Below, one piece after another: positions 12,060 through 25,169 of a DNA stretch of 64,000 nt. Source of the DNA: Lama glama (Eukaryota). Numbering within the stretch: position 1 is the stretch's first letter; the number at the start of each line of letters is the position of its first letter. The notes beneath the pieces were generated by a model. That model made no database searches and was not told where the DNA came from. It was given only the letters and a program-made list of their open reading frames with translations. The position numbers were made by a program, and so were the translations under genes. The DNA lies in NCBI GenBank assembly GCA_028534125.1, contig CM052816.1:88476001-88540000 (forward strand). Direction: 5' to 3'.

Positions 12060-12617
12060 TGTAACAAAGGAAAAGAAACTTGACTTAATATTGGATCTCT
12101 TCCTTTAGCTCTGACCTTTGTGCTCTGTTGCCTGTGCTTAGTCATACTGGTTCTGCAACTTGGTCTCATCAGTCAGTAAAGCAACATCACCTATAGCCTG
12201 AAATATACATAATAGTCCTTTCTCTAGGCTCTGCCTTTTAGGCTTGATCTTTAAAACCGTAACACTTTTTTTCATTCATATAGAGATAAAAAGCTGCAGA
12301 ACCGAAAATGACATTTGTCTTGGAAGTTTACAGGAATATCATGACCAGAACTAGGTGGACAGCTAGCTGCAAGAACAAAGGATTATCCCCTCTGAGGTCT
12401 GGCAGGCACGAAGTCTGCAGCAACCAGCCACATCCCTTCCCCTTTTACAAGAAACCTGAGTTCTAACTTGGGTAAGATGGTACTTTGGGACACTAGTCTG
12501 CCGTCTTCTCAATTTGCTGGCTTTCCAAATAGAGTCTCCATTCCCTTCCCCAACACCTCATCCTTCAGTTTATTACCCTGTCATGCAGAGAATAGTACAA
12601 GCTTGGACTCAGTCATA
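12060..12617 (+). mobile_element. ERV1 solo LTR (MER34/MER39-like)
   Basis: Starts TGTAAC. The 3' end CTTTGGGACACTAGTCTGCCGTCTTCTC...CCCCAACACCTC...TGTCATGC...AGCTTGGACTCAGTCATA matches the MER34-group U5. TSD not clean. Confidence 0.8.
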
Positions 12618-13009
12618 TCAATGATTTATTTCCTTCTATCATGAAACCGGAGATGAGAAAAATCTGATTTCCTATTGACAATAATTGTCTTACTAAGACA
12701 AGTTAAATATAAAAACATTTGTCCAGGTTTGTTCTTTTAATTATTACAATATAAAATTATGATTAACTTTAATTTTGAAATCAAAACACATTATCTATAC
12801 ATAATCTACATGATTTAGTTTATTTTTTATAGACAAATTTTTGTAGATGAAGACATGAGGCCATCTAAGAGATGTATTATAAATTATACAAACAGTCTAT
12901 GTCCCTCACATTTTTATTCCACTTTAAGGTGAAAAAATATTATCAGATAGATTTCCAATTATTTGCGAATATCATCAGTATATCATTTATGTATTAGCAC
13001 ATTTAAGCA

Positions 13010-13235
13010 TTTAATTATTAAACTCATGTATTAGAAGCTGGTATGTCTCCAGACTTGTGCTAAATGCTAGGAACTCGGGATTTAAAAATGCATTATCCAT
13101 CTCCCAGATAGTGGTACAGAAAATATGTAAATGCCAGCTGCAATATGATGAGATAGATGAGATAGACATTATAATTTATATACATGTATACAATTTATGT
13201 ATATGTATATATGTGTATACGTATGTGTGTGTGTA

Positions 13236-13280
<45 letters not shown>

Positions 13281-14110
13281 GTATGTATAGCCAGCTATAA
13301 GAAAGGAAGATAATATTTAGAAAATATTTCCAAGAGGATTAAAAATTTAATTTGGGGTAAATGTAAGGAAATACCAGAAAGTAGTTGTATCATTTACAGA
13401 TGTTAAGAGGCATAAGAGTAAATGGCTCTAGGAGAACATTATTTTATTTCATGTGGTAGGAGCATTTGGTGAAGATATAGTTGTATAGGGTTAAGAGACA
13501 GAGTAAATTGATGGGAGACAGAGACTTCTAGAGTGAATCCTGGAAAAGCAAACTATATCTAAGAGAATCTAATTTCCTTTAGGAAAGAAGGTTAACAACA
13601 CAAACATTATTGTGACTTAGAAATATCAGTTTCCAGAATTTTGAAAATGAGTTGGATAATTAAAAGATCCAAGAAATTGTGAAAAATTTGTCATCTTTTC
13701 ATTATGAAGTGATAACTGGTAGAAACCACTTCATACCTGGAATGAGAGTAAAGGAACAACTGATAAACAAATATTAATTAAATTCATATATATATCAAAA
13801 GTGAAAAGAAATTATATTTAGATGGAAAATAATAAGTTAATCTTTTAGCATGGAGAAATTGTTAGCATGCTCAAGAGATATCTGGATTAAGATCCATTTA
13901 AGCACTTATATGTGGTTCTAGAATTCAGAAAAAAACTAAAAGGAATTAAACAGAAATACAGGTGTGCATTTTATAAGCTTATAGGTAATGTTGAAACAAA
14001 AAGTATGTGGATAAGATCAGCCTGGGATGAAAAAGAAGTTGAAAAGATAAGGGGGCTGATGATTGAGGTCTTAGGAAATCTAACATTTGTGATGAGCATA
14101 GAAGTGTTGG
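13010..14110 (-). mobile_element. Degraded LINE-2
   Basis: TATGTCTCCAGACTTGTGCTAAATGCTAGG at the start; GATTGAGGTCTTAGGAAATCTAACATTT near 14060. Confidence 0.55.
13197..13289. repeat. Compound (TG)n/(TA)n microsatellite
   Basis: Directly visible; pure TG run at about 13236-13260. Confidence 0.95.
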
Positions 14111-15644
14111 CCAGAAATGGGCATATCTATGTTCAAAAACTTAGTAACTGTGTGTATTATTCAAAGTTTCTGAATAACATAAGCTTTTAAAATTACAGTT
14201 GAAACATTGTCTGCAAAATAATTTCTGCTTTTATATACTTATTAACTATTAAGTCATTAGTTCAAACACTTATTTCACACATGCACATATGTTTATTGAA
14301 TTCTTCCTCACTGCTCTACACTATTTAGGCTAACAATCCCTGAGCATCTAAACTAATCAGAAAATATCTTTTCAAAGCCATATGTGAATAAACATCTAAG
14401 TTACTGACAGATTGTACACACACATGAACATGCACATTTAGACATTCTGATGAAAATATCTTCAAAATAATAAATATCTGAATGTCAAAATTTGCATATA
14501 ACACATTATAAATAGAAGTAATAATTATCTCTATACATAAGTGTGACTCCAAACTTTTTCACAAGGATATCTATGTTCTAATATTGCTAATCTTACTTAA
14601 CCTTTCCTTCATCATCAGAATTTAAGCTCAATCATATTTACCAATGTGTGTATCTTTGCTGTTGCTGACACAGTAGATGGAGTTGAAGCAGTGATTTAAA
14701 GGATTTTATTAAGCTGTTCAAGGCTTTCCTTATATTTATTCATGATGACTTGGTTTCTGCACTGTCAGCTGGATGTGTTATAATCTATCATTTTGGATAA
14801 GCAGTGTTTCTGGGTTCATTTTGATTTTGCGTAGTCTCTACTTCGAGTTGCTATAAATTAATTTTAAATTTATTTTCTTAGAAAGACTTATGCGCATTCC
14901 TATTCTGATCAAATGCAGGTCCCACAAGAATCTGCAGTATTTTGACTTGAAACCATGTTTGTAACAGAAATCATTTAATCTTGATGTTCAAAAATTTTAG
15001 TTCTAATATTCATGCAATAACTCTAAGTTATAAAATTATTAACACTGATGAATTTAAAATTTTGTCTCATATGTGAAGTTGAATTCATTTATTTTTGTTA
15101 AATATTACTTTTTATCAATATCATTGAGTCAAGTATGTGCATTTTTATTTGTCTGGTATTATCAGGTAATTTTTAATTTCACATAGATAAATTCAATGGT
15201 AAGCTAAAAGTAATTCTTTGTATGCTAAAGCTTAGGTTGTAACTAATATTTCTGTTCAGTCACAATGTTAAAATTTAAAAATACAATATTTGTATGCTTA
15301 GAGAAATATAGTAAACATATTATAGTACTTTTCATAATTTTTATTAATGAAATCACCTAATAAGTGGTACATTTTGGCTTAAAACCAAATTAGGAGATTT
15401 TATTTTTAACTGATCTTGCATTTGGATTTATGTAAGTCCTTTCTTAAAAGCTGCCAGGGCTATCCAGTGATTTTATTTTGTGGATATATATTGTATTATT
15501 TATGGATGAGCTTAAGTCTAAAAGCCATTCCATGAACCCATTTACATTCATAGGTTTTAAGACATTTACATTTTGTTCCTAAGAAGATGCTTTTTAAGAA
15601 ACCACTGAAATCACATTTCTGCTATATTTGATTGCATTTTTAAA

Positions 15645-16485
15645 ATATCTAAGATGCTCCACATCACATGTCATCAGGCAAATGCAAATTCAAACAGCAA
15701 TAGATACCACCAGACACCTACTAGAATAACCAAAAACCCCAAACACTGACAACACCAAGTGTTGCTGTGGATATGGAGCAACAGCAACTCTTCTTCATTG
15801 CTCGTGGGAATGCAAAATGGTAAAGCCATTTTGGAAGATAATTCTTAGAAAACTAAACACACTTTTACCATACAATCTAGTAGTAACTTTCGATGTTTAC
15901 TCAGGAAAGTTCAAAACTTGTATCCATACAAAAATCTGCACAAGGCTGTTTAAAGCACCTTTATTCATTATTGCCAAAACCTAAAAGCAACCAAGATATT
16001 CTTCAATAGGTGAATATATAAATAAACTGTGTTACACCCAAACATTGGAACATGACTCAGCACTGAAAATAATGCACTATCAGGCCATTAGAAGACATAA
16101 ACTAAGCTTAAATGCATATTAGTAAGTGAAAGAAGCAATTCTGAAAAAGGATACATATTGCATGATTCCAAATATATGACATACTGGCAAAGGCAAAACT
16201 GTGGCTACAGTAAAAAGTGGTTGCTGGAGTTTGAGAGGAGAGATGATTAGGTGGAGCACAGAGGATTTTCAGAGCAGTGCAAATACTCTGCACAGCATTA
16301 TAATGATGAATACATGTCATTACTTATGCATTTGTTCAAACCCATAGAATGTCCAAGACCAAGAGTAAACCCTAATGCAAACTATAGACTTTGGGTGCTA
16401 ATGATGTGTTAACGTAGGTTCATTCTTTGTAATAAATGTAACACTCTGGTAAATCTAAACTTGCTCTAAAAAATAAAGTCTTAAA
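15645..16485 (+). mobile_element. L1MC1/2-like 3' end (ORF2 end plus 3' UTR)
   Basis: AAGATGCTCCACATCACATGTCATCAGG...GCTCGTGGGAATGCAAAATGGT...GAGTAAACCCTAATGCAAACTATAGACTTTGGGTG...CTAAAAAATAAAGTC. Confidence 0.88.
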
Positions 16486-16490
16486 ATTTT

Positions 16491-16990
16491 NNNNNNNNNN
16501 NNNNNNNNNNNNNNNNNNNNNNNNNNNNNNNNNNNNNNNNNNNNNNNNNNNNNNNNNNNNNNNNNNNNNNNNNNNNNNNNNNNNNNNNNNNNNNNNNNNN
16601 NNNNNNNNNNNNNNNNNNNNNNNNNNNNNNNNNNNNNNNNNNNNNNNNNNNNNNNNNNNNNNNNNNNNNNNNNNNNNNNNNNNNNNNNNNNNNNNNNNNN
16701 NNNNNNNNNNNNNNNNNNNNNNNNNNNNNNNNNNNNNNNNNNNNNNNNNNNNNNNNNNNNNNNNNNNNNNNNNNNNNNNNNNNNNNNNNNNNNNNNNNNN
16801 NNNNNNNNNNNNNNNNNNNNNNNNNNNNNNNNNNNNNNNNNNNNNNNNNNNNNNNNNNNNNNNNNNNNNNNNNNNNNNNNNNNNNNNNNNNNNNNNNNNN
16901 NNNNNNNNNNNNNNNNNNNNNNNNNNNNNNNNNNNNNNNNNNNNNNNNNNNNNNNNNNNNNNNNNNNNNNNNNNNNNNNNNNNNNNNNNN
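16491..16990. other. Assembly gap (500 N)
   Basis: Run of N. It abuts a young L1, a common cause of scaffold gaps. Confidence 1.
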
Positions 16991-17028
16991 GACATATAGA
17001 CCAATGGAACAGAACAGAGAGCCCAGAA

Positions 17029-18116
17029 TTGAACACACAAACTTTTGGTCAACTAATCTTCCACAAAGGAGGCAAGAATATACAATGGAATAAAGACAGT
17101 CTCTTCAGCAAATGGTATTGGGAAAACTGGACAGCAGCATGTAAAACAATGAAGCTAGAACACTCCCTTACACCATACACAAAAATCAACTCAAAATGGA
17201 TCAAAGACTTAAACACAACACAAGATACAATAAACCTCCTAGAGGAAAATATAGGCAAAACATTATCTGACATACATCTCAAAAATGTTCTCCTAGAAGA
17301 AATAAAAGCAAGAATAAACTTATGGAACCTAATGAAACTTACAAGCTTCTGCTCAGCAAAGGAAACCATAAGTAAAACAAAAAGACAACCCACGGAACGG
17401 GAGAACATTTTTGCAAATGAAACCAACAAAGGCTTTATCTCCAGAATATACAAGCAGCTCATATGACTTAATAAGAAAAAAAAAAAAACAACCCAATCCA
17501 AAAATGGGCAGAAGACCTAAACAAGCAATTCTCCAAGGAAGACATACAAATGATCAACAGGCACATGAAAAAATGCTCTACATCACTAATTATCACAGAA
17601 ATGCAAATCAAAACTACAATGAGGTATCACCTCACACCAGTCAGAATGGCCGTCATTCAAAAATCCACAAATGACAAATGCTGGAGAGGCTGTGGAGAAA
17701 GGGGAACCCTCCTACACTGCTGGTGGGAATGCAGTTTGGTGCAGCCACTGTGGAAAGCAGTATGGAGATTCCTCAAAAGAGTAGGAATAGACTTACCATA
17801 CAACCCAAGAATCCCGCTCCTGGCCATATATCCAGAAGGAACCCTACTTCCAGAAGGATGACACCTGCACCCCAATGTTCATAGCAGCACTCTTTATAAT
17901 AGCCAAGACATGGAAACAGCCTAAATGTCCATCAACAGATGACTGGATAAGGAAGAAGTGGTATATTTATACAATGGAATACTGCTCAGCCATAAAACTG
18001 ACAACATAATGCCATTTGCAGCAACACGGATGCTCCTGAAGAATGTCATTCTAAGTGAAGTAAGCCAGAAAGAGAAAGAAAAATACCATATGAGATCACT
18101 CATATGTGGAATCTAA
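17029..18116 (+). pseudogene. Disrupted L1 ORF2p C-terminal region
   Basis: ORF-track pieces 17029-17466 and 17550-17861 are collinear L1 ORF2, separated by a stop and frameshifts. Confidence 0.9.
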
Positions 18117-18120
18117 AAAA

Positions 18121-18148
18121 CAAACAAACAAACAAACAAACAAACAAA
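18121..18148. repeat. (CAAA)7 microsatellite in the L1 3' UTR
   Basis: Directly visible. Confidence 0.95.
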
Positions 18149-18446
18149 GCATAAATACAAAACATAAATAGACTCACAGACATAGAATATAAACTTGTGG
18201 TTGCCAAGGGGGTAGGGGGTGGGAAGAGATAGACTGGAATTTCAAAATTGTAGAATAGATAAACAAGATTATTCTGTATAGCACAGGGCAATATATACAT
18301 GATCTTATGGTAGCTCACAGAGAAAAAAATGTGACAATGAATATATATATATATGTTCATGTACGACTGAAAAATTGTGCTGTACACTGGAATTTGACAC
18401 AACATTGTAAAATGATTATAAATCAATAAAAAATGTTAAAAAAAAA

Positions 18447-19580
18447 TAGGATAACAGATCTAAGTGTAAAACTAAAAATCCCTGAAGAAAACTTATCAGA
18501 AAATCTGTGTAATCTTGGGTTATGCAAAGCTTTTTAGATATGACATCAGACACAACAAAAGAAAAAAACAAGATAAACTGGACTTCATCAAAAATTTTAA
18601 AATGTATTCTTCAAAGGACATCATCATAAAATGAAAATACAATCCACAGAATGGTGAAAAATATTTTCAAATCATCTATCTAATAAGAGACTTGTATTCA
18701 GGATATATAAAGAAGTCAGACAGCTCAACAATAAAAAGACAAATAATTTTTAAAATGAGAAATTAAACTAAGACATTTTACCAAAGAAGATATACAAATG
18801 ATCAATAAGTACATGAAAAGATGCTCAACATTAGTAGTTACAATGGAAACACAAATCAAAACCACGAGGTACCACTTCACACCCATTAGTAGGGCTACAT
18901 CGAGGTCAGATAACAAACATGTAGAAGAATCTGGAGAAATTAGAATTCTCATACACTTCTAGTGGGAATGTAAAATGAAGTGCTATTTTGGAAAACAGCC
19001 TGGAAGCTCCTCAATGACTGAACATACAGTTAATATATTGCCAAGAAATTTCATTCCTTAGTTACATAAGCAGGATAAATGAAAACATTTGGCCATGTAT
19101 ATACTTGTACATAAATGTTCACAGCAGCCTATTCATTATAGCCAAAATGTGGAAACAACTCAAATGTCCCTGTCCCAATGAATAGATAAATGAATGTGCT
19201 ATATCCATACAATGGACTATTATGCAAGTGCAAAAAGAGTGGAGTACTGCTACATGCTACACGTGAGTGAACTCTGAAAACATGCTAAATGAAAGAACCC
19301 AGACTACACTGTATGATTCCATTTAGATGAAATGTCCAAAATAGGCAAACCCATAGAGAGAGAATATACAGTAGTTATTGTCAGGCACCAAGTGAAGGGG
19401 GAGATGGGTATAAGGTTTCTTTGGGGACTGATAAAAACATTCTAAAATTAGATAATTGTGATGGTTCCACAACTCTGAATATACTAAACCCACTGAATCA
19501 TAGACTTTAAAAAGAGTGAGTTTTATGTTATATGAGTTATATAGTCCAATAAAACTGTTATAAAGGAAAAAAAATAAAAT
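18447..19580 (+). mobile_element. L1MB-type ORF2 3' end plus 3' UTR
   Basis: ACATGAAAAGATGCTCAACATTAG...GTACCACTTCACACCCATTAG...GTATGATTCCATTTAGATGAAATGTCCAAAATAGGCAAACCCATAGAG...CAATAAAACTGTT plus A-tail. Confidence 0.9.
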
Positions 19581-20339
19581 TTTATATCTGCATATGTTTA
19601 TGTGCGTGTGTATATATACGTATACACATAAGTAATTTAAGTGTTACTTAAGTAAATTAAGTGTAAATGTCTGTGTGTGTTTTGGATGATACTAATTTCA
19701 AGGGCAGCAAAGAAAATTCCATTCACCGTGATGGCATGATCAATGCATACTACTACTCAGTGAATTAAAATTAAGAACAATAATTTAATCTTCCACATGT
19801 AGTGATTCATCACAATAAAAATGCAATGAAAACCATCCTTTACCAAAATGTAAGTGATTCATGTGTCATAACCATGAAGCTGTTTGTTAGGAATGTATGG
19901 TAGGTGCTCAAAAGCACTTAGCAAGCCTCGACTTTAGAAATGTTAGTGACTCAGAACTCATAAAAGTCAATTCAAATTGAACCAATATATCACCATCATG
20001 TTAAGAATTCTTTCAATGAAAGCATTAGAATTTTCTAATGATTATAAACTTGTATAAGAAAACATGATATTAGTAGGGAAAAATTAAAAGAAAACTATGC
20101 CTTATGTTAAGAATTAGTTATAGAGTTGTGATAATATGTGATGTTGAATTTTCTCTGGCTAATTTTATGATATTACATGAGCTCATTGTCCATGGTAATT
20201 ACATCACACATAGTCTGTTCTAGAAGATAATTTGCATATTCAAATCCCCCAGGTCTGCACACTGTGGCATCACAGAAGTGCAAGTGCAATTGTCATCTAG
20301 TGGCAAATCCCAAACAAAACAAACAACGAAAACATTCTC

Positions 20340-21880
20340 AAAATTCCAAGAGGCAGAAAGGTAGGGGGAATGAACCATATGAACTTCCTCTCGTCAAGGC
20401 AGATCTAGCTACAGCCAAGGAGCTCTGGGGAATAGATACATGGATAGAGCTCTCAGACTGCATATGAGTCACGATCTTTATGGCTGAAATCCAGGCCCAC
20501 TAGAGAGTATTCCCAGCAGGGGCTGCACACAGCAAGCAGGTTCCTACCAACGTGTCAGCCTCTCTTCTTCTGCACCTGTGCTTGTTCAGTAAGCCAGTGA
20601 TGGCGTGGCCGGAATCAGTGGGCCAGGTTTCCGCTTGGGGTATAACACAGGCTCCCTTTCACTGAGCCTCATCTCCCTATCGCCATTGCCCAGGGACCCA
20701 CTGAGCAGGAAGTAAGCAAATACTGAGGCTTTGGGATGGTACCCCGTGGAAACAGTTGTGATCCTTCTTAACTGCTGGATTCTCTCTCTCTCTCTCTCCC
20801 TCTCTCTATTTGGGTTTACCAACTCTAAAATCTGAAGTCTTACAGAGTGCCTTAACTATCAACATGGTATGCCATACAATTTTCTGAGGAAAAAAAAGCA
20901 ATATTTTACATCAAAAGAAGAGTAACAATAGACTCCTAAATATAGAATTAACTCTCTATGTATACCAATATGGAACTGTCTGGCTAAACAGAGGGAGACT
21001 CAGGGAAACAGCATTGGAGGAGTTTGAACATTGTGCTGTCTTTTAAATGAGATAGATGCACTGCACTTAAAAAAAAAAAGCCACAAAACCCCAATGCATT
21101 GTATTGTGTCCCCAATAGCTATTACACATGGTTTTCTAAACCAAAGAGTGTAAGAATGATTCACTTATTTCACTGTCAAACCCAGTTATTCATGCATGAC
21201 ATTTGGGCTTTCGGTTCTTAAGTACTTGGGATCCGCAGGGTTACAAAAATGTTCATGGCAGGGAGGGCACACCCTTTAAGAGGACCAGTAAGTGATCCAT
21301 TGATTTGGAATATGAGCAGGACTCTTCTGGTTTGGGTTCCTCATGGTAGTGAATAAACAGGCAAATGAAAAATAAATAGTTTATTGCCTAAAATAATGCA
21401 TCTTCATTACCATGAAAAACCAAGGTTACTACCACATAGTGAGGGCAAAGAAGGATTACCTTGGATCCAGAGAACTTACTTAGACCTCTTTTTGTGTCTC
21501 CCAGTCAATTAGCAACTGTTGTCAGGCATGATAAAAATCAAAATCCAGACAATGGCAGGAATTAAAAAGTTCAGACACTTTGGGGATTGAAGGTCTCAGT
21601 CTCCCCAGCAGATAAGCAAACTAAACCAGCCAAAGCGTTGGCAACAGATGAGGGACATTTTGAATGGTTTGGTGGAAGAAAGATGATAAATATCTGCTGT
21701 AACCTTGAGATCAGCTGGGCCAGCAGAGTCTGTGCTTTTGCTTTCCTATGACTGTAAGTTTTCCAGGGAAGAATGACTTAGAACCACCTTGAAAGAGACC
21801 CTGTGATTGATAGATTGTACCTCTATCCTCTTAGGAAAAACTGGCTATATTTTGTCCTGACAAAAAGTCACGACTCTGGG
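20340..21880 (+). mobile_element. ERVL (class III) internal fossil: RNase H end, integrase and downstream dUTPase-like region (HERV16/ERV3-16A3-like)
   Basis: KELWGIDTWIELSD (20417-20458) resembles ERVL KEIWGRGMWIDLSEW; LPLVKADLATA resembles GLPLTKADLATA. TTTGGGTTCCTCATGGTAGTGAATAAACAGGCAAA and GAAGGTCTCAGTCTCCCCAGCAG match the ERVL 3' pol region. Confidence 0.8.
20780..20807. repeat. (TC)n microsatellite
   Basis: Directly visible. Confidence 0.85.
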
Positions 21881-22504
21881 CTGTACTGTGGAAGCTAGCT
21901 GCATGTGGACAAATGACCAGATCTGAGTGGTGCGCATAGTACGCATCATCAGCCGTTTTGATGTACCTCTTCAGATGCCACAGCCCCTCCGGGAAACCAT
22001 CAGCCACCTGCTCTGTGTCAGCAGATTTCACAGCTGATGGACTCTGCTTGCCTACTGGTGCTGAGCCCTATGTCCCAGCTCCAGCCAGATGGCCAGCCAA
22101 TGCCCAGAGTCTGTTTTCTGAAGGAAATAATAAAGGAGATGGAAACTGACTTTCTGACCGGTAAGCAAAGGAGCCAAATAATACTTTAAATTGCATGAAT
22201 GTTCTCCAGGGGAATTAGGAGAGAGGAAAGAACCAGGCTGATAAAACCCTTATCTTTTCCACCACCTGTGGACTGATTCGAGGTATAGATTATGAAAACA
22301 AATTTCTTGAAGATATCCTCCTTGGCTAAACGGCCTAGAATGTCTGGCAGGGAGAGTCTGTTCCAGCATCACATTGATCTCCTTTCTCTATTTTTCTTCA
22401 TTTGTCCTCATTCTTAGTGTCTTGGGTTCGTACTCACTAAGGAAGAATGAGCACTTAGCCTGACTTCAGAAACTGTTTTCTAAAAATCCCCAAATTTGAA
22501 AGCA
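21881..22504 (+). mobile_element. Probable 3' LTR of the ERVL element (LTR16/LTR33-like)
   Basis: Follows the internal region directly. Its end CCTGACTTCAGAAACTGTTTTCTAAAAATCCCCAAATTTGAAAGCA resembles LTR16/33 termini. Confidence 0.55.
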
Positions 22505-24791
22505 AGCGATTTTACAACATTACAGTTGTTTTCCATCAAAATTGTACCATTTCTGATTTTCAATGATTTTCAACAATAAAGTATGAAAATATATCTCACT
22601 GTAGTTTTGATTTACAGTTCAGTTTTATAAAAACTCTGAACATACTTGCATTTATTTTAAAGGTAATTGGGTACATTTCTCTGGGAACTCTTGTGCATAT
22701 CTGGAGCCCATATTCTTCTGGGTTGTTGGTATTTTATTAATTTTTGATTTGGATCAAAGTGTACAAAATGATACTTCACTGGTACAATTTGACCTGCACT
22801 GTATTTGGAAAAAAAGTATATTATAAAAATTGAATTTAAATAATTTAGGCACATTTTATTGAAGAGACAGGCATTCTATAGAGTACTACAATTTTTTTGT
22901 TTTCTATTTTAATTCACTTTTTCTCAGAATGGAACACCACTGAAATCTAAAGATTTTACTATTCTTCTATTTCTCCCTCGTCCTTGGGGCTTTGTGATTT
23001 TTATTTTAAATTTTTCTTTGATTTTTATATAAATTAATACAGTGATTATATAATACTTAATAAAAATGATTTTTATTTTAGCATTTGTAACATAATCACA
23101 TTGTTGAGCATAGAAACTTCAAATTTCATGCACTCTTCAATAAAGATCTATAAAATTATACTTTTGCAAATTTAAGTGCTTCAAAGCATAGTCACATTTT
23201 AGTGTCTTGAGGTTTAAAACTGGAGGCCTAATTTTAGAATGTTATACTGTTTTAATTGTTGTACATAAGGGTAAACCAATTTTAATGCATGTTTTCCATA
23301 CGATTTATATAATTAAATTAATACTTCAGCAAATGACACCTGTAAAATATCTCATTTTGTAAACGTCTAGTCTGAAAGTCAGTTGTCCTTTCTGAAATAT
23401 ATTTTATAGAATCCACTTTAGTTTGCTACTTTGAAATTGTTTTGTTTTGTTTCTGGAATAGTCAGCTGTAACCTACAAGTGATTTTGTTTCATTCAACCG
23501 GAGCTTTTCTCCCTTAATATAGACATTTTGGAACATTTTGAAAATTGTATGTGTCTCTAATAATCCTGCAAATATGTGATTCTTAATTTAAAATACTTAG
23601 TAGATTAACATGCATTATATCAAAGTTGTGTGAATCATTCTAGTTTGGGATTGGAACTTTATTTGATTTGTTCTCTACATAGCTTACTTAGACGATTCTT
23701 ACAAAATTATTTGAAAATTATATAACAAACTATTTTTATGTTAAAGTTTTATTTTTCTTTTTTGTCAAAGTTTGCAATGCAGCCACATTATTCTAATTAT
23801 TCTCATAATTAAAATTAAAATTATTTTACTAATTCCTATTTGAAGATGTACTGCAATGTATTATACTATTTCAATGACAAAATAAAGATTTCAGTATGAA
23901 AAGAACTGAATATTTAAATTAGACAAATAGACTTGTGCACAATTTTGGAAAGGACTTGTTTGTATAAGTTCGAGCCTTCATGTTTAAGAAAATGTATTTT
24001 ATTATTTTTATTTACAATCAACAGATAAAACACAAAATAATAACCAAAATTTGTGACCCAAAGAATCATTTTGATACCCAAGCCGAGTAGGCAATAAATA
24101 CTTATGATTCAGGTTCACATATAGCAATTAAATGCAATGAAGCTCTTTCTGGTGCTTTGCCCATGCTAAAAAAGCAATGGCTATTTCTTTACTCAGTCTG
24201 AGGTTAGTTCTGATTTTTAATTAACATGAAACCAAGGATCTTCCTTTAAAACACTCTATTCCCACGGTGTGATCTTCCAATTTCTAATGAAAAATAAACA
24301 CTAGGTCTGCTAAGCCTTGCGCTAGGTTTAATTGGGACTCATTTAATTTTTCTTTTCACAAACTCCTGGATCAAATATGTGATTACACCTCTACCACAGA
24401 GAGTTTTCTGTCTTATTTTTACACACTAAACTGTATACTGTATTTATTCTATCAGTCCTGCCTTATTTTTCCAATTTCATTTAAAATGTAAGAAAGGAAG
24501 GAGAAGTGAAAAGAGGTTACAAATTAAGGAAATAAATCCACTGGTAGGTTAACTAAATGATTTTATTCATGCTTAAGGAACAGAAAGCAAGTTAAGGTGA
24601 TACATTTCTCTAATGGGAAAGAGCAGAAAAAACAAAACATACAAATAAATAAAACACTATTAAACATTGTCAACTAAAGACAAGATAGTAAGGAAGGGAA
24701 TCTCTCAGTCTTGTAAACCTCTAAAAGTTAAAGTAGCCCATGACCCCCTAATGAAATCTGACTGCCATTCTTTGATATACTTATTTAAATA

Positions 24792-24793
<2 letters not shown>

Positions 24794-24829
<36 letters not shown>
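24794..24829. repeat. (GT)18 perfect microsatellite
   Basis: Directly visible. Confidence 0.98.
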
Positions 24830-24831
<2 letters not shown>

Positions 24832-25169
24832 ATTTTTTTCATCTTCTGTTGTCAATCAGGAGTCTTGTATGTCTACGACCATTATTTTTTACAGTAAATT
24901 CTTTCAATCAATGTTGATTTTTTGATCAGTTTTAACTGCTTGGGAGCAACATTTCTAGAGATTAGAAGGTGTGACTAGTTTTCTTTATCTACAGATTTTC
25001 TTTTCTTTTATGTCTTTGTGTATATCCTCTACTACTTGTGTAACTGTTATTTCTGTGAGGAAGTATTTGTTTTGTTTGATTTTTGGTATTGCATGATTTA
25101 AACTTTGATTCCTAGGAGGAGATGTTTTTTTGACACATTCTTATGATGGAGTGAAAAGTCTCCAGTATC

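Larger units (their letters stand above)
16991..18446 (+). mobile_element. Young LINE-1 (ORF2 3' part, 3' UTR, tail); 5' end hidden in the gap
   Basis: ORF2 remnants [27 protein letters not shown]...[16 protein letters not shown] and the CCHC motif [18 protein letters not shown]. Same 3' UTR as 212-1470. AATAAA at 18425. Confidence 0.96.

Noticed and set aside
6267..12617. Two LTRs as the ends of one ~6.3 kb provirus
   Set aside because: The LTRs are unrelated in sequence, the first has its own TSD, and the DNA between is L2/MLT/L1 with no PBS or gag-pol.
16420..17052. Three long ORFs (185-210 aa)
   Set aside because: Artefacts of translating through the N gap.
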